Assembly: GCA_963837455.1 (NCBI GenBank)
Contig: CAWINM010000015.1
Coordinates: 384 to 64,383, forward strand
Length of the DNA stretch: 64,000 bases
DNA from: Thermoanaerobaculia bacterium
GTDB taxonomy: Bacteria; Acidobacteriota; Thermoanaerobaculia; Multivoradales; JAIOJS01
Direction of reading: 5' to 3'
Shown: positions 50,169-60,342 of the stretch, piece after piece
Layout of the letters: every line of letters starts with the position of its first letter
Position numbering within the stretch: position 1 is the first letter of the stretch
The notes under the pieces: model-generated
Told to the model about the DNA's origin: nothing
Database searches by the model: none
The model's input: the letters and a program-made list of their open reading frames with translations, nothing else
Made by a program: the position numbers and the translations under genes

Positions 50169-51815
50169 TCACACCGGCCTCGAACGACCCCCCGAGGACC
50201 CCGGGAACCCACCGTCGAGACCCAGCACCACCCCCTCGTCGGCCCGCAGCTCGAGGCTGCGGTGGACGCGCTCACCGGCGCGGTCGAGGTGGGTCGACAG
50301 CGCCACCACGCCTGCGAGCTGCAGTAGCGGCGGCGCGTAGGTGGCCGGCTCGGAACCGAGGTTGAGGGCCACCAGGAAGCGCCGGTCGCCGTCCTTGCGC
50401 ACCCAGGCGAGGAGGTCGCCTCCCGCCCGCAGCGGCGCGAAGGGGCCGACGGCGAGCGCCGGCTCCGCTCGCCGCAGCGCCAGCAGGCGGCGGTAGAGGG
50501 TGAGCGGGGATCGCGGGTCGTCACGCTGTGCAGCGACGTTCACCGCCGCGGCGTCCGACGCCACCGGCAACCAGGGCTCGCCACCGGTGAAGCCGGCGCC
50601 CGGGCCATCGTCCCACTGCATCGGTGTGCGCTCCGGGTCGCGCCCGAGCCCGAGCCCCGGGACGTTGCGCGCGAAGGGGTCGCGTACCCGGTCGGGGGGG
50701 ATCGGCACGTCGCGCATGCCGATCTCGTCGCCGTAGTAGAGCGTCGGCGTGCCGCGCAGGGTGAGCAGCATCATCGCCGCCACCCGCGCCTGCGCCGGCC
50801 CGACGCGGCTCGCCACCCGGCTCTTGTCGTGGTTGCCGAGCACCCAGCTCGGCCAGCCGAAGGTGGGCAGCAGCGCCTCGTAGGCCTCGATGGCGTCCCC
50901 GATTGCCGCCGCCTCCCAGGGTCGCCGGATGAGCTGGAAGTTGAACGGCAGGTTCACCCCGCTGCCGGCGGCGCCGTAGTAGAGCATCAGCCGCTCGAGC
51001 GGCAGGTAGAGCTCGCCGATGAGCATCCGGTCGGGAAACTCGTCGACCACGGCGCGCAGGCCGGCGATCACCTCATGCACCTCCGGGAGATCGGCGGTGT
51101 GGGTGGCGAGCAGGCGCCGGTAGGGGTTCTGCCCCGGCACCCAGTCGGGGTTGGGCGGGTTGTCGCGCAGCGCGGCGTCCTTGGCCAGGTGGTGGATGAC
51201 GTCGACCCGGAAGCCGTCGACACCCCGCCGCAGCCAGAAGCGCAGCACCTCGTGCATGGCGGCGCGCACCGCCAGTTGGCGCCAGTCGAGGTCGGGCTGC
51301 TGGCGCAGGAACGAGTGGTGGTAGTACTGGCCGCTCGCCGCGTCGAGCTCCCAGGCGCTGCCGCCGAACACCGAGATCCAGTTGTTGGGCGGGCCGCCAC
51401 CGGGAGCCGGATCGCGCCAGTGGTACCACCCCCGCCTGGGGCTCTGGCGCGAGCTCCGCGATTCGAGGAACCAGGGATGCTGGTCGGAGGTGTGGTTGGG
51501 GACGAAGTCGAGCAGCACCTTGAGCCTGCGCTCGTGGGCCGCGGCGATCAGCGCGTCGAGGTCGGCGAGGGTACCGAAGCGGGGATCGACGTCGCAGTAG
51601 TCGGCGACGTCGTATCCCCAGTCGGCCATCGGCGAGGGATGGATCGGCGACAGCCAGAGGGCGTCGACGCCCAGCCACTGCAGGTAATCGAGGCGCGACA
51701 GCAGGCCCGGCAGGTCGCCGAAGCCGTCACCGTCGGAGTCCTGGAAGGAAAGCGGGTAGACCTGGTAGATCGCTCCGCGCTGCCACCAGGCGTACGTCTC
51801 GCGGCACTCTCCCAC
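50169..51815 (-). CDS. GH13 alpha-glucosidase (oligo-1,6-glucosidase / trehalose-6-P hydrolase-like)
   Basis: WWQRGAIYQVYP.SF.DS.GDG.GDL.G, LSPI..SP..D.GYDV.DY, DFVPNHTS..HPWF, GFRVDVI, IGE and NHD. Confidence 0.85.
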   Translation of the reverse strand: MGECRETYAWWQRGAIYQVYPLSFQDSDGDGFGDLPGLLSRLDYLQWLGVDALWLSPIHPSPMADWGYDVADYCDVDPRFGTLADLDALIAAAHERRLKVLLDFVPNHTSDQHPWFLESRSSRQSPRRGWYHWRDPAPGGGPPNNWISVFGGSAWELDAASGQYYHHSFLRQQPDLDWRQLAVRAAMHEVLRFWLRRGVDGFRVDVIHHLAKDAALRDNPPNPDWVPGQNPYRRLLATHTADLPEVHEVIAGLRAVVDEFPDRMLIGELYLPLERLMLYYGAAGSGVNLPFNFQLIRRPWEAAAIGDAIEAYEALLPTFGWPSWVLGNHDKSRVASRVGPAQARVAAMMLLTLRGTPTLYYGDEIGMRDVPIPPDRVRDPFARNVPGLGLGRDPERTPMQWDDGPGAGFTGGEPWLPVASDAAAVNVAAQRDDPRSPLTLYRRLLALRRAEPALAVGPFAPLRAGGDLLAWVRKDGDRRFLVALNLGSEPATYAPPLLQLAGVVALSTHLDRAGERVHRSLELRADEGVVLGLDGGFPGSSGGRSRPV

Positions 51816-52027
51816 GAGCGCAGTCTACGGCGTCGCCCGCTGCCACTCCGGCCGCTGCGGCAACGCCGCCCACCGCCCCGCGGCTCGCGGTCGGCGTGAC
51901 CCGGCGCCGCGTCGCCGCCCCCGCCCCATCCCCTGGGATCCGGCGGCGGCGGGCCCGTGCTAACCTTGAGTCACCGATCTAACAAGGGGTGAGTGCGGGT
52001 GGGCTGGGGGCCCGCCGTGTAAGGACC

Positions 52028-52693
52028 ATGATGGCAACCAAGATCTCCGCCCTGCATCGCTCGTCGTGGCTGGTGACCCTGCTGCTGGCGGCCGCGGCGC
52101 TCCCCGCCTCCGGTCTCGACGGCCCGACATCCCCTAGCCGAGTGGTGAGGATCGACTTCGAGAACAAGGCCCTGCCGGCCCGCCAGAAGGAGTTGCTCTG
52201 GCACTACGCCGACCAGATCGTCGGCTGGGCCTCCGCCGAGTCCCTGGTCCGGGCCGCCGAGGAGCAGAGCGCCAAGCCCAACACCATGGAGCACATCCTC
52301 GAGATCGACCGCGCCTGGCAGCGCGGCGGCGACCCCCAGGGGCTCGTCACCAGGCTCGCCAGCAACGAGTGCGCGAAGACGCTGCAGTCCTACCTCGCGG
52401 CGAACCCCGGGTTCGGCGAGGCGTTCGTCGCCGACGCGCAGGGAGCCCTCGTCTGCATGTCGCGGCGCACCAGCGACTACTGGCAGGGCGACGAGGCGAA
52501 GTGGACGCGCGCCTGGGCGGGAGGAACGGGCGCGGTGTTCGTCTCCGAGATCAGCCGCGACGAGAGCACCGGGCTCGACCTCATGCACATCTCGGTGCCG
52601 ATCCGCGCCGGGAGCCACCTGGTGGGCATCCTCACCGTCGGCAGGCCGCTAGGCACCGACGCCGGCGCCCGGTCCAGGGCCAGCAGCCACTAG
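52028..52693 (+). CDS. periplasmic PDC/Cache-like sensor-domain protein
   Basis: Signal peptide ..SSWLVTLLLAAAALPASG. AFVADAQGALVCMSRRTSDYWQGDEAKW....VFVSEISRDESTGLDLMHISVPI. Its TAG and the convergent kinase's stop share a CTAG at 52690-52693. Confidence 0.55.
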   Translation: MMATKISALHRSSWLVTLLLAAAALPASGLDGPTSPSRVVRIDFENKALPARQKELLWHYADQIVGWASAESLVRAAEEQSAKPNTMEHILEIDRAWQRGGDPQGLVTRLASNECAKTLQSYLAANPGFGEAFVADAQGALVCMSRRTSDYWQGDEAKWTRAWAGGTGAVFVSEISRDESTGLDLMHISVPIRAGSHLVGILTVGRPLGTDAGARSRASSH

Positions 52694-54155
52694 CAGCGCA
52701 TCCGCAGCACGAACTCCGCTCCGCCTTCGGGCCGGTTGGCAAGCCCGCAGCCGAAGCCGTGCTGTCCGACCACCTCGCGAATGAGGACCAGCCCGAGGCC
52801 GCGGCCGTCGCGCTTGGTGGAGAAGAACGGCACGAACAGCCGCGCCTCCGCCTCACGCGGGATGCCGCCGCCGCTGTCCGCCACCCGCAGCGTCACCTGA
52901 CCCTCCTCGCGAGCCAGCGACAGCGCGATCTCGCCGTCCTCGCCGATCGCCTCGATGGCGTTGCGGAAGACGTTGACGAGCACCTGCTCGATCTGGTGGC
53001 GGTCGAGGGACACCGGCGGCAGCCCCTCGCGCCTGGTCCAGCCGCAGGCGATGCGCCGCCGCTCGAGCTCCGGAGCGAGCAGCAGCCGTACCTCGGCGAC
53101 CAGCGTCTCGAGGTCGGCGGGCCGGCGCTCGGGGGTGGCAGCCGCACCACCTCGGCGAAACCGTTGACGAAGGCGTTGAGGCTGCGCATGCGCGCTCCCG
53201 CCACGGTGAGCGCCTGCCGGAAGTCCTCGCGTTCCGTCGCCGGCAGCCGCTCGCCAAAGGCCAGGCACGACTCGAGCAGCGACGCCACCGCCGCCACCGA
53301 GTTGCCCACCTCGTGGGAGATCATCCGCACCAGCTGCTCGTAAGCGGCCTTCTCGGAGGTGCGCAGCTCCTCGGTCACCTCCTCGATGAGGTAGAAGCTG
53401 CGGGGAAACCCCCGGTCGAAGAACTGGCCGCGGTAGCACTTGAGCCGGCGCCGCCCCTCGAGCGGCACCAGCCGCGACTCGCCGGCGGCGAGCCCGGCGA
53501 GCTCGCGGGCCAGCGCACCGGGGACCGCGGCGAGCGGGGTGCCGACGATGCGGTCGCCCTTGCCTTCGCTGCCGGCGCCGAGCAGCTGCGCCGCCGCTTC
53601 GTTGCGCAGCGTCACCCTGCCGTCGTGGTCGAGAGTGAGCACGCCGACCGGCGAGGCCGACAGCACCTTGTCGAGCAGGAAGCTCTGCTCCTCCAGCCGC
53701 AGCCGCTCGGCGCGCAGCTGGTCGCTCATGCGGTTGAAGAGGTCCACGAGGGCGTCCGTCTCGGGCTGCCCCACCGGCAGCAGGTGGGAGCCGAAGTCGC
53801 GCTCGCGCAGGAGCTCGACCGCCGTCCCCAGCAGCTCCTGGGTGGCGGCGGCCCGGCGCAGCAGCGCGAGGCCGCCGGCGAGCGACAGCAGCAGCAGCGG
53901 CTCGGCCCCGAGGATCCAGATCGGGCGCTGCCACAGGGCGAGGACGAGGAGCCCGGCGAAGAGCAGGTGCGCCAGGACGAGGTAGGCGAGCATGGCGCGC
54001 ACGCGCAGGCGCGGCGGCGGCACCCGAGCGCTCTCCGTGGCGGCAGCGCGTCCCCGCCCTGGCGGATCGTCCTCGACCGCGGGCCCATCGCCGGAGCCCG
54101 CCGCACCCCGCGATCCAGAGACGTCCGCGTCGCCGCCGGCCGCGGCCGCGCTCAC
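52690..54155 (-). pseudogene. sensor histidine kinase (partner of the NtrC-type regulator), one frame switch near 53140
   Basis: TM + HAMP-like + PAS, with H-box MISHEVGNS (ORF 52893..54155). HATPase part VLVNVFRNAIEA, DSGGGI, FSTKRDGRGLGL (ORF 52690..53934). GTG 54155 overlaps the regulator stop (GTGA); the alternative start is ATG 53993. Confidence 0.7.
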
Positions 54156-55549
54156 TCGGGTTCCCCTTCGCGTGGAAGCATGCCGTGCTTCTCGAGCCGG
54201 CGGTAGAGCGCCGGTCGTGAGAGGCCGAGCGACTCGGCGACGCGCGTGAGGTTGCCCGAGAAGTGCTCGAGCGCGCGCGCGATCATCGCCCGCTCCATCT
54301 CCTCCAGGGTCATGCTTCCTGGGTGCGGCAGCGCACCCGGCTCTGCCGGCTCCGGCGCCCGTCGATCGGCGAGAACGGCCAGGTCTGTCGCCTCCAGGCG
54401 TTCGCTCTCGAGCACCAGCGTGGCGCGCTCCATGAGCTGGCGGAGCTGGCGTACGTTGCCCGGCCAGCGCTGCCCCGCGAGCCAGGTCAGGGCTCCGGGC
54501 GCGAAGCTGCGCGGCGGGCGCCCGTAGGCCTCGGCGGCGTGCGCCAGGAAGGAGCGGGCCAGCAGCTCGATGTCGTCGGGGCGCTCGCGCAACGGCGGCA
54601 GGCGCAGGGCGATGAGGTTGAGCCGGTAGAGCAGGTCCTCGCGGAACTGGCCGTGCGCCACCATCTCGGCGAGGTCGCGGTTGGTCGCCGCCACCACCCG
54701 CACGTCCACGGTACGCGTCACGCTCGAGCCCAGCACCTCGTAGGAACGATCCTGCAGCACCCGCAGCAGCTTCACCTGCGCCGCCGGCTCCACCTCCCCC
54801 ACCTCGTCGAGGAACACCGTGCCGCCATGGGCCAGCTCGAAGCGGCCGCGGCGGTCGGCGCGGGCGTCGGTGAAGGCGCCGCGCACGTGCCCGAACATCT
54901 CGCTCTCGAACAGCGTCGGCGAGATACCACCGAGGTTGACCTTGACGAAGGGCCCCTGGCGCCGGCGGCTGTTGCGGTGGATCGCCGCCGCCACCAGCTC
55001 CTTGCCGGTGCCACTCTCGCCGGTGACCAGCACCGCGGCGTCGGTGGGCGCCACCCGCATCGCCATCTCGACGACGCGCAGGAAGCGTGGGTCCTCACCC
55101 AGCAACCCCTCGAGGTCCCAGCGCGAGTCGAGCGCCGCGCGGTCGAGATCCGGCTCGCCTTCGGCGCGCACGTGGCGCAACGAGAGCGCGGTCTCCACCG
55201 CCGAGAGCAGCGCCGCATGCGACCAGGGCTTGGTGAGGAAGTCGGAGGCACCCGCCTTCATCCCCTCGACCGCCAGGCCGATCGAGCCCCAGGCGGTGAT
55301 CAGCACCACCGGCAGCTCCGGCCGCCGGGCGCGCAGCGCGCGCAGCAGGGCCAGCCCCTCGGCGCCGCTGGTGGCGCGGGTGAAGTTCATGTCCTGCAGC
55401 ACCAGGTCGAAGGGCTCCCCTTCCATCAGCGCCAGCGCCTCGGCGGGCGAGGCGGCCCCCGCCGAGGCGTAGCCGTGCTGCTTGAGCAGCAGCGCCAGCG
55501 AGGCCCGCACCGAGGTGTCGTCGTCGACGACCAGCAGGCGGGCCTTCAT
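54152..55549 (-). CDS. sigma54-dependent response regulator (NtrC family: REC-AAA+-Fis HTH)
   Basis: LLVVDDD..DLVLQDMNF. GESGTGKE Walker A. ESEMFGHVRGAFTDA (GAFTGA-like loop). FLDEVGE. C-terminal NLTRVAESLGLSRPALYRRL. Confidence 0.9.
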   Translation of the reverse strand: MKARLLVVDDDTSVRASLALLLKQHGYASAGAASPAEALALMEGEPFDLVLQDMNFTRATSGAEGLALLRALRARRPELPVVLITAWGSIGLAVEGMKAGASDFLTKPWSHAALLSAVETALSLRHVRAEGEPDLDRAALDSRWDLEGLLGEDPRFLRVVEMAMRVAPTDAAVLVTGESGTGKELVAAAIHRNSRRRQGPFVKVNLGGISPTLFESEMFGHVRGAFTDARADRRGRFELAHGGTVFLDEVGEVEPAAQVKLLRVLQDRSYEVLGSSVTRTVDVRVVAATNRDLAEMVAHGQFREDLLYRLNLIALRLPPLRERPDDIELLARSFLAHAAEAYGRPPRSFAPGALTWLAGQRWPGNVRQLRQLMERATLVLESERLEATDLAVLADRRAPEPAEPGALPHPGSMTLEEMERAMIARALEHFSGNLTRVAESLGLSRPALYRRLEKHGMLPREGEPE

Positions 55550-55800
55550 GACGCGGGTAGCTGCAGGGTGTAAATGGAGATGGTCTTGCCGTCCGAGCGG
55601 TTGCACACGAGACTGCGGCCGTCGGCGGCGATCTGCGGCCGGGCATCCCGGAAGGGCGCCTCGGGAGTCGTGATGCGCCGCCTGTGACCTCCAGCAGCGT
55701 CCAGGCTGAAGCCGCCGTTCTCCTGCGAAGCGTAGACGATCTCCCGCCCATCGGGCGACCGGCGCGGGTAGGCGTTCTCGCCGCCCTCCATGCGCAACAC
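55546..55800 (-). CDS. 84-aa PD40 (WD40-like beta-propeller repeat) mini-protein or fragment
   Basis: Two PD40-like repeats: YPRRSPDGREIVYAS and RPQIAADGRSLVCNRSDG. It is wedged between the permease stop (55802) and the regulator start (55549), with overlapping stop and start codons. Confidence 0.45.
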   Translation of the reverse strand: MLRMEGGENAYPRRSPDGREIVYASQENGGFSLDAAGGHRRRITTPEAPFRDARPQIAADGRSLVCNRSDGKTISIYTLQLPAS

Positions 55801-55801
55801 C

Positions 55802-56989
55802 TCACTCCCAGCGCAGGGCGTCCGCCGGCGCCAGGCGGGTCGCCACCCGGCTCGGGTAGAGGCCGCAGGTCAGGGTGAGGACGAAGATCACCACCAGCGC
55901 CGCCACGGCGGCGAGGATCACCTGCCCCGGCTCGATGCCGCCGAACAGCGAGAGCAGGGGCAGCTGCAGCACGAGGACGAGCGCCGGCGCCACCGCCAAA
56001 CTGGTGACGAGGCTCAGCTCCAGCAGCACCTGGCGGTGCACGGCCTGGCGGCTGGCGCCGGCGGCACGGCGCAGCCCGAGCTCGCGAGTGCGTCGCGTCA
56101 CGTTCTGCCACAGCACCCCCAGCAGCCCCAGCGCCACCATCATCAGCAGGAAAGCCGCCACCACCGCCGCGATCACCAGCGGTGCCAGCTGCAGGCGCAG
56201 CTGGGAGTGGCGCATCGCCGCGAGCGGCTCCACCGACAGCGACCAGTTGGGGACCACCGGTGCCAGGCGGCGCAGCAGCTCCGGCTCGTAGCTGGCAGGG
56301 GTGCCCGGCGCCATGCGCAGCATGAGGTGACGTGGCGGGCGCTCGTCGGCATCGGCGAGGGAGACCCGGTCGAAGAGCACGTTGCCGCCACCGATGAGCT
56401 CGCCGTACTGGCGGAACTCGTCCACCACCCCCACCACCCGCGTCGATCGCTCGCCGCGGAAGATGACCTTCCCCAGCGGGTCGGCGCCCTCGAAGAGGTC
56501 CCGCGCCAGCCGTTGGTTGATCACCACCGGCCGCAGGCTGGCGCCGTCGTCGGCACGGCCGAAGAAGCGCCCCGAGACGAGGTGCAGCTGCGCGACCTTG
56601 GCGAAGTCGTCGGTCACCTCGATCACCGACATCTCGGTCGAACGGTTCTTGTAGTGGAGATTGCTGAAGCTGCCGCCGACCCGGTAGGGGGTGATGAAGG
56701 CGCCTGCCGCGGCTTCGACCGGGGCCAGAGAGCGCGCCTCGGCGAGCAGCTGGCGGACGCGGGTGACGTCCTCGGGGGACCACTCGTCGTCGGTGGAGAC
56801 GTTGGTGTCGACGTCGACCACCCAGACGTTCTGCCACTGGAAGCCCAGCGGCCGGCGCCAGTTGGTGGCGAAGCGCAGGGCGACCAGGCCCACCGCGAAC
56901 ACCACCAGGAACGAGACGGCGATCTCGAGCATGAGGAGGCCGGTCGAGCGTTTGCGGTGCCAGACGAGCTTGAGCAGGTGACGGATCAC
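55802..56989 (-). CDS. ABC transporter permease (FtsX/MacB-type)
   Basis: N-terminal TM, a large periplasmic domain, then a C-terminal FtsX 3-TM bundle (RTRELGLRRAAGASRQAV..LYPSRVATRLAPADALR). GGGAGG RBS. GTGA overlap with the upstream gene. Confidence 0.8.
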   Translation of the reverse strand: MIRHLLKLVWHRKRSTGLLMLEIAVSFLVVFAVGLVALRFATNWRRPLGFQWQNVWVVDVDTNVSTDDEWSPEDVTRVRQLLAEARSLAPVEAAAGAFITPYRVGGSFSNLHYKNRSTEMSVIEVTDDFAKVAQLHLVSGRFFGRADDGASLRPVVINQRLARDLFEGADPLGKVIFRGERSTRVVGVVDEFRQYGELIGGGNVLFDRVSLADADERPPRHLMLRMAPGTPASYEPELLRRLAPVVPNWSLSVEPLAAMRHSQLRLQLAPLVIAAVVAAFLLMMVALGLLGVLWQNVTRRTRELGLRRAAGASRQAVHRQVLLELSLVTSLAVAPALVLVLQLPLLSLFGGIEPGQVILAAVAALVVIFVLTLTCGLYPSRVATRLAPADALRWE

Positions 56990-58224
56990 AGGGACCTCCC
57001 GCGCAGGGCTTCCACCGGATGCAGCCGCGACATCCGCCAGGCCGGGTAGACCCCGGACAGCAGGCCGAAGGCGGCGCTGAACACCACTCCCCAGAAGAAG
57101 ACCCGCAGGTTGAGGGTCAGTTGGGCGTAGGGGATGAGACCGCTGCCGTTGAGCGCCCCCAGCACGAGGCCGCACAGCACGAGGCCGAGGGCGCCGCCGA
57201 GCAGCGAGAGCACCAGGCTCTCGACGATGAACTGGCCGACCAGCGCCGAGGAGGAGGCGCCGAAGGCCTTGCGGACGCCGATCTCGCCGGCGCGCTCGAG
57301 GATGCGCGACAGGTTGAGGTTGACCAGGTTGATGGCCGGCAGCAGCATGAACACCAGCGCCAGGCCGGCGAGCAGCCCGCGCAGGGCCCCCGGGTGCGCC
57401 GCCTCGAAGCGCGACGTGAACAGCACCCGCGAGGCGAACTCGAAGAGCGTCTCGAGACCGCCGTAGAAGCGGGAGAAGGTGTGGGCGTCGGGCGGTCGGG
57501 CGGCGGCCACGCGGGCGGCGAGCTCGTTGCGCACCTCGTCGAGCCGCGCCGGGTCGGCGAGCACCAGCGCGAAGAAGTCGCCCACGTACTCACGCTTGTA
57601 GCCGTCGGAGCGTGCGGTGCTGATCGGCACCCAGACATCGGCGAAGGGGACGACGCGGAGGAAGGGCACGTCCCTGACGACGCCCACGACCCGGAAGCGC
57701 TGGCCGTCGACCTCGATGGTGCGCCCCACCGCGTGGTCGTCGCCGAAGAAGCGCTGGCGGGTGGTCTCGTTGATCACCGCCACCGGTCGCGCCTGCCGCT
57801 CGTCGTCCTCGGTGTAGGGCTGCCCCTCGACGAACTCGAAGTCGAGCACCTGCCAGAAGGCGCCGTCGGTGCGCTTCAGGTACGAGACCAGCTTCTGCCC
57901 GTGGGGGTAGGAGTCGACCTCGTGCTGCAGCTGCAGCAGGGCGACCTTGTCGGCGCCCGGCAGGTCCCCCATGTAGCGCTTGACGAAGGGCCAGCCGGCG
58001 AAGCCGGTGCGAGTCGATTCGGGGCCCACCATCGCCAGGCCGTAGAGACCGAGCGTCCGCCCCATGCGCGTCTCGGGCGGGTGCGGGCCGAAGACGCCGT
58101 CGAGCAGCGCCGCCGCCAGCGTCAGCACGAGCAGCGTGAAGGCGACGCCGAAGAGGCTGGCGAAGGTGAAGAACCTCCTCCGCAGGAGGACCTTCCAGGC
58201 GAGCTTGAGATAGCTGCGCAGCAT
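56986..58224 (-). CDS. ABC transporter permease (FtsX/MacB-type)
   Basis: MLRSYLKLAWKVLLRRRFFTF..., a periplasmic domain, then RAGEIGVRKAFGASSSALV...VYPAWRMSRLHPVEALR. Confidence 0.8.
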   Translation of the reverse strand: MLRSYLKLAWKVLLRRRFFTFASLFGVAFTLLVLTLAAALLDGVFGPHPPETRMGRTLGLYGLAMVGPESTRTGFAGWPFVKRYMGDLPGADKVALLQLQHEVDSYPHGQKLVSYLKRTDGAFWQVLDFEFVEGQPYTEDDERQARPVAVINETTRQRFFGDDHAVGRTIEVDGQRFRVVGVVRDVPFLRVVPFADVWVPISTARSDGYKREYVGDFFALVLADPARLDEVRNELAARVAAARPPDAHTFSRFYGGLETLFEFASRVLFTSRFEAAHPGALRGLLAGLALVFMLLPAINLVNLNLSRILERAGEIGVRKAFGASSSALVGQFIVESLVLSLLGGALGLVLCGLVLGALNGSGLIPYAQLTLNLRVFFWGVVFSAAFGLLSGVYPAWRMSRLHPVEALRGRSL

Positions 58225-58251
58225 GGTTCGCTCCGTTCTCTTCGCGGGCCG

Positions 58252-58914
58252 CTACTGCACCTGGCGGCCGTCGAACAGGCGCACCACCCGGTGCGCCCGC
58301 TCCGCCATCCGCGCGTCGTGGGTGACCATGACCACCGTCGTGCCCTCGCCATTGGCACTGGCGAGCAGCCCCAGGATCTCGTCGCCCATGGTGCTGTCGA
58401 GGTTGCCGGTGGGCTCGTCGGCGAGCAGCACCTGCGGCCGGCCGACGAGGGCCCGTGCCACCGCGACCCGCTGCTGCTGCCCGCCGGAGAGCTGGCTCGG
58501 GAAGTGGTGCACCCGCGACGACAGCCCGACACGATCGAGCGCGGCGAGCGCCATGCGCCGCCGTTCGCCGCCGGCGAGGCGACGATAGAGCAGCGGGATC
58601 TCCACGTTGTCGAGCACCGTCAAGTCGGGGACCAGGTGGAAGCTCTGGAAGATGAACCCCACCTTCTCGTTGCGCAGCCGCGACAGCTCGCGGTCGCGGC
58701 GCGTCGCCACCGGCTGGCCGTCGAGCACGACGCGGCCGCCGCTGGGCACGTCGAGCAGGCCCATCAGGTTGAGCAGCGTCGTCTTGCCGCAGCCGGAGGG
58801 GCCCATGATGGCGACGAACTCGCCGCGCTCGACGTCGAGCTGGATGCCGTCGAGGGCGCGCGTCTCGATGCGGTTGGTGCGGTAGGTCTTGGATACGTCT
58901 TCGAGGCGGATCAT
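58252..58914 (-). CDS. ABC transporter ATP-binding protein (MacB/LolD-like)
   Basis: GPSGCGKTTLLN, FIFQSFHL, LSGGQQQRVAVARAL, LLADEPTGNLD and VMVTHD. Confidence 0.9.
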   Translation of the reverse strand: MIRLEDVSKTYRTNRIETRALDGIQLDVERGEFVAIMGPSGCGKTTLLNLMGLLDVPSGGRVVLDGQPVATRRDRELSRLRNEKVGFIFQSFHLVPDLTVLDNVEIPLLYRRLAGGERRRMALAALDRVGLSSRVHHFPSQLSGGQQQRVAVARALVGRPQVLLADEPTGNLDSTMGDEILGLLASANGEGTTVVMVTHDARMAERAHRVVRLFDGRQVQ

Positions 58915-58977
58915 CGGTCGCTCCTCCTTCTTCGTCGCCTGGGTCGTTCCGGCGTCGAGGCGCGCGCGCGTCCCCGC

Positions 58978-60228
58978 TCACCGCAGGCGCAACTCTGCGG
59001 CGTGCAGGTAGTCGGTCATGTCGGAGAGGATCACCTCGTCTCCTTCGGCGAGACCCGAGCGCACCTCCCACCCCTGGGGCCCCGAGGCCCCGAGCTCGAC
59101 GGTGCGGCGGCGGGCGCGGTCGCCCTCGACGACGAACAGCTCCTGCCGCCCACCCTGAAGAGCGGCGCCGCGGGGCAGCCGCAGCACGGCGGGAAGACGA
59201 TCGGTGACCACCTCGACGTCGACCCGCAGGTTGTTGCGCAGCGCGGCATTGGCGGGATCGGCGAGGGCGACGCGGAAGCGCACCACCCCCTCCTCGATGG
59301 TCGGGTACACCGTCTCCACCGTCCCCTCGAGCGAGCTCTCGCCGGCGGTGACGCGCACCGGCAGCCCGGCTCGCAGGGCGGCGGCATGGACGTCGGAGAC
59401 CGTCCCCTCGACGCCGTACGCGGAGAGGTCGGCGATGCGCGCGACGGGAGCGCCACGCTGGACCGTGGCGCCCTCCTGCGGCACTACCCAGGTGACCACG
59501 CCGTCGCGGTCGGCCCGCGCCGTGCCGAGCTCGAGCTGGGCGGCGGTGGCGGCACGCTCCTCGGCCAGCCCGCGCGCGTCGAGGTCGAGCGCGCGCAACG
59601 CGGCCTCGCCCTGGCGGCGCGCCGTCTCGAGCTCGCGGCCGAGCCGCGACTCGTCGAGCCGCGCCTTGCTCTCCGCCACCTCGGCCTGGCGCAGCGCATC
59701 CTCGGCGGCCAGCCCCTCGGCGTGCAGCCGCCGTGTCTGCTCGAGGCGGAAGCTCAGGAGCTGGTGGTCGAGCCGCGCCCCCTCGCGCTGGTCGGCGAGG
59801 TCGGCGAGCTCGCCGGCCAGGCGCAGCCGTTCGCGCTCGGCCTCGTTGCGCTTGTGCGCCAGCTGCTCGTCCTGGCGCGCCGCCTCGAGGCGCAGGGCGC
59901 CGAGGTCGAGCTCGACGATCGGCTGGCCGACGACGACCCGGCTGCCGGGGCGCTCGAGCAGCCGCAGCACCCGCGCCTCGACCGGGCTCGACAGCACCTT
60001 CTCGAAGGCGGGAACGACACGACCGGCGGCGGTGAACGACGCCTCGACGGTGCCGCGCTCGACGTGCGCGGTGCGCACCCGCGCGCGAGCGATCGACGGT
60101 CGCAGCCAGCCGGGCAGCAGGGCGAGCAGCAGCACGACGCCGAGCAGGGGGGCTCCCAGCCGCGCGATGCGGCGCAACCGCGTGCGGCGGATCTCCCCAG
60201 GGTCGAGCTCGCGGTCCATGGTTTCCAT
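58978..60228 (-). CDS. HlyD-family periplasmic adaptor (MacA-like)
   Basis: N-terminal TM (LGAPLLGVVLLLALLPGW). Coiled-coil hairpin (..LEAARQDEQLAHKRNEAERERLRLAGELADL..). Beta-barrel C-terminus. Start set at ATG 60228 because the sigma54 promoter lies inside the longer ORF extension. Confidence 0.8.
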   Translation of the reverse strand: METMDRELDPGEIRRTRLRRIARLGAPLLGVVLLLALLPGWLRPSIARARVRTAHVERGTVEASFTAAGRVVPAFEKVLSSPVEARVLRLLERPGSRVVVGQPIVELDLGALRLEAARQDEQLAHKRNEAERERLRLAGELADLADQREGARLDHQLLSFRLEQTRRLHAEGLAAEDALRQAEVAESKARLDESRLGRELETARRQGEAALRALDLDARGLAEERAATAAQLELGTARADRDGVVTWVVPQEGATVQRGAPVARIADLSAYGVEGTVSDVHAAALRAGLPVRVTAGESSLEGTVETVYPTIEEGVVRFRVALADPANAALRNNLRVDVEVVTDRLPAVLRLPRGAALQGGRQELFVVEGDRARRRTVELGASGPQGWEVRSGLAEGDEVILSDMTDYLHAAELRLR

Positions 60229-60277
60229 GTCTTCGTCGTAGAGTGGGGCGGCCGGGGCGCCGCGGCGATCCGCAAGC

Positions 60278-60292
60278 GCAACCGGTGTGCCA
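60278..60292 (-). promoter_or_regulatory. sigma54 (-24/-12) promoter for the efflux operon
   Basis: The minus strand reads gTGGCACaccggTTGCg, an exact TGGCAC-N5-TTGC match. The -12 element lies 50 nt upstream of ATG 60228. An NtrC-type activator is encoded in the same operon. Confidence 0.6.
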
Positions 60293-60342
60293 CCACGAGT
60301 CGACGCAGGGTCAATCACTTACACGTCAAGCGCGGGCGCGTT

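Noticed and set aside
60229-60318. Longer HlyD start at GTG 60318
   Set aside because: The extension would place the exact sigma54 -24/-12 motif inside the coding sequence. The added 30 residues are non-conserved and precede the expected cytoplasmic and TM start.
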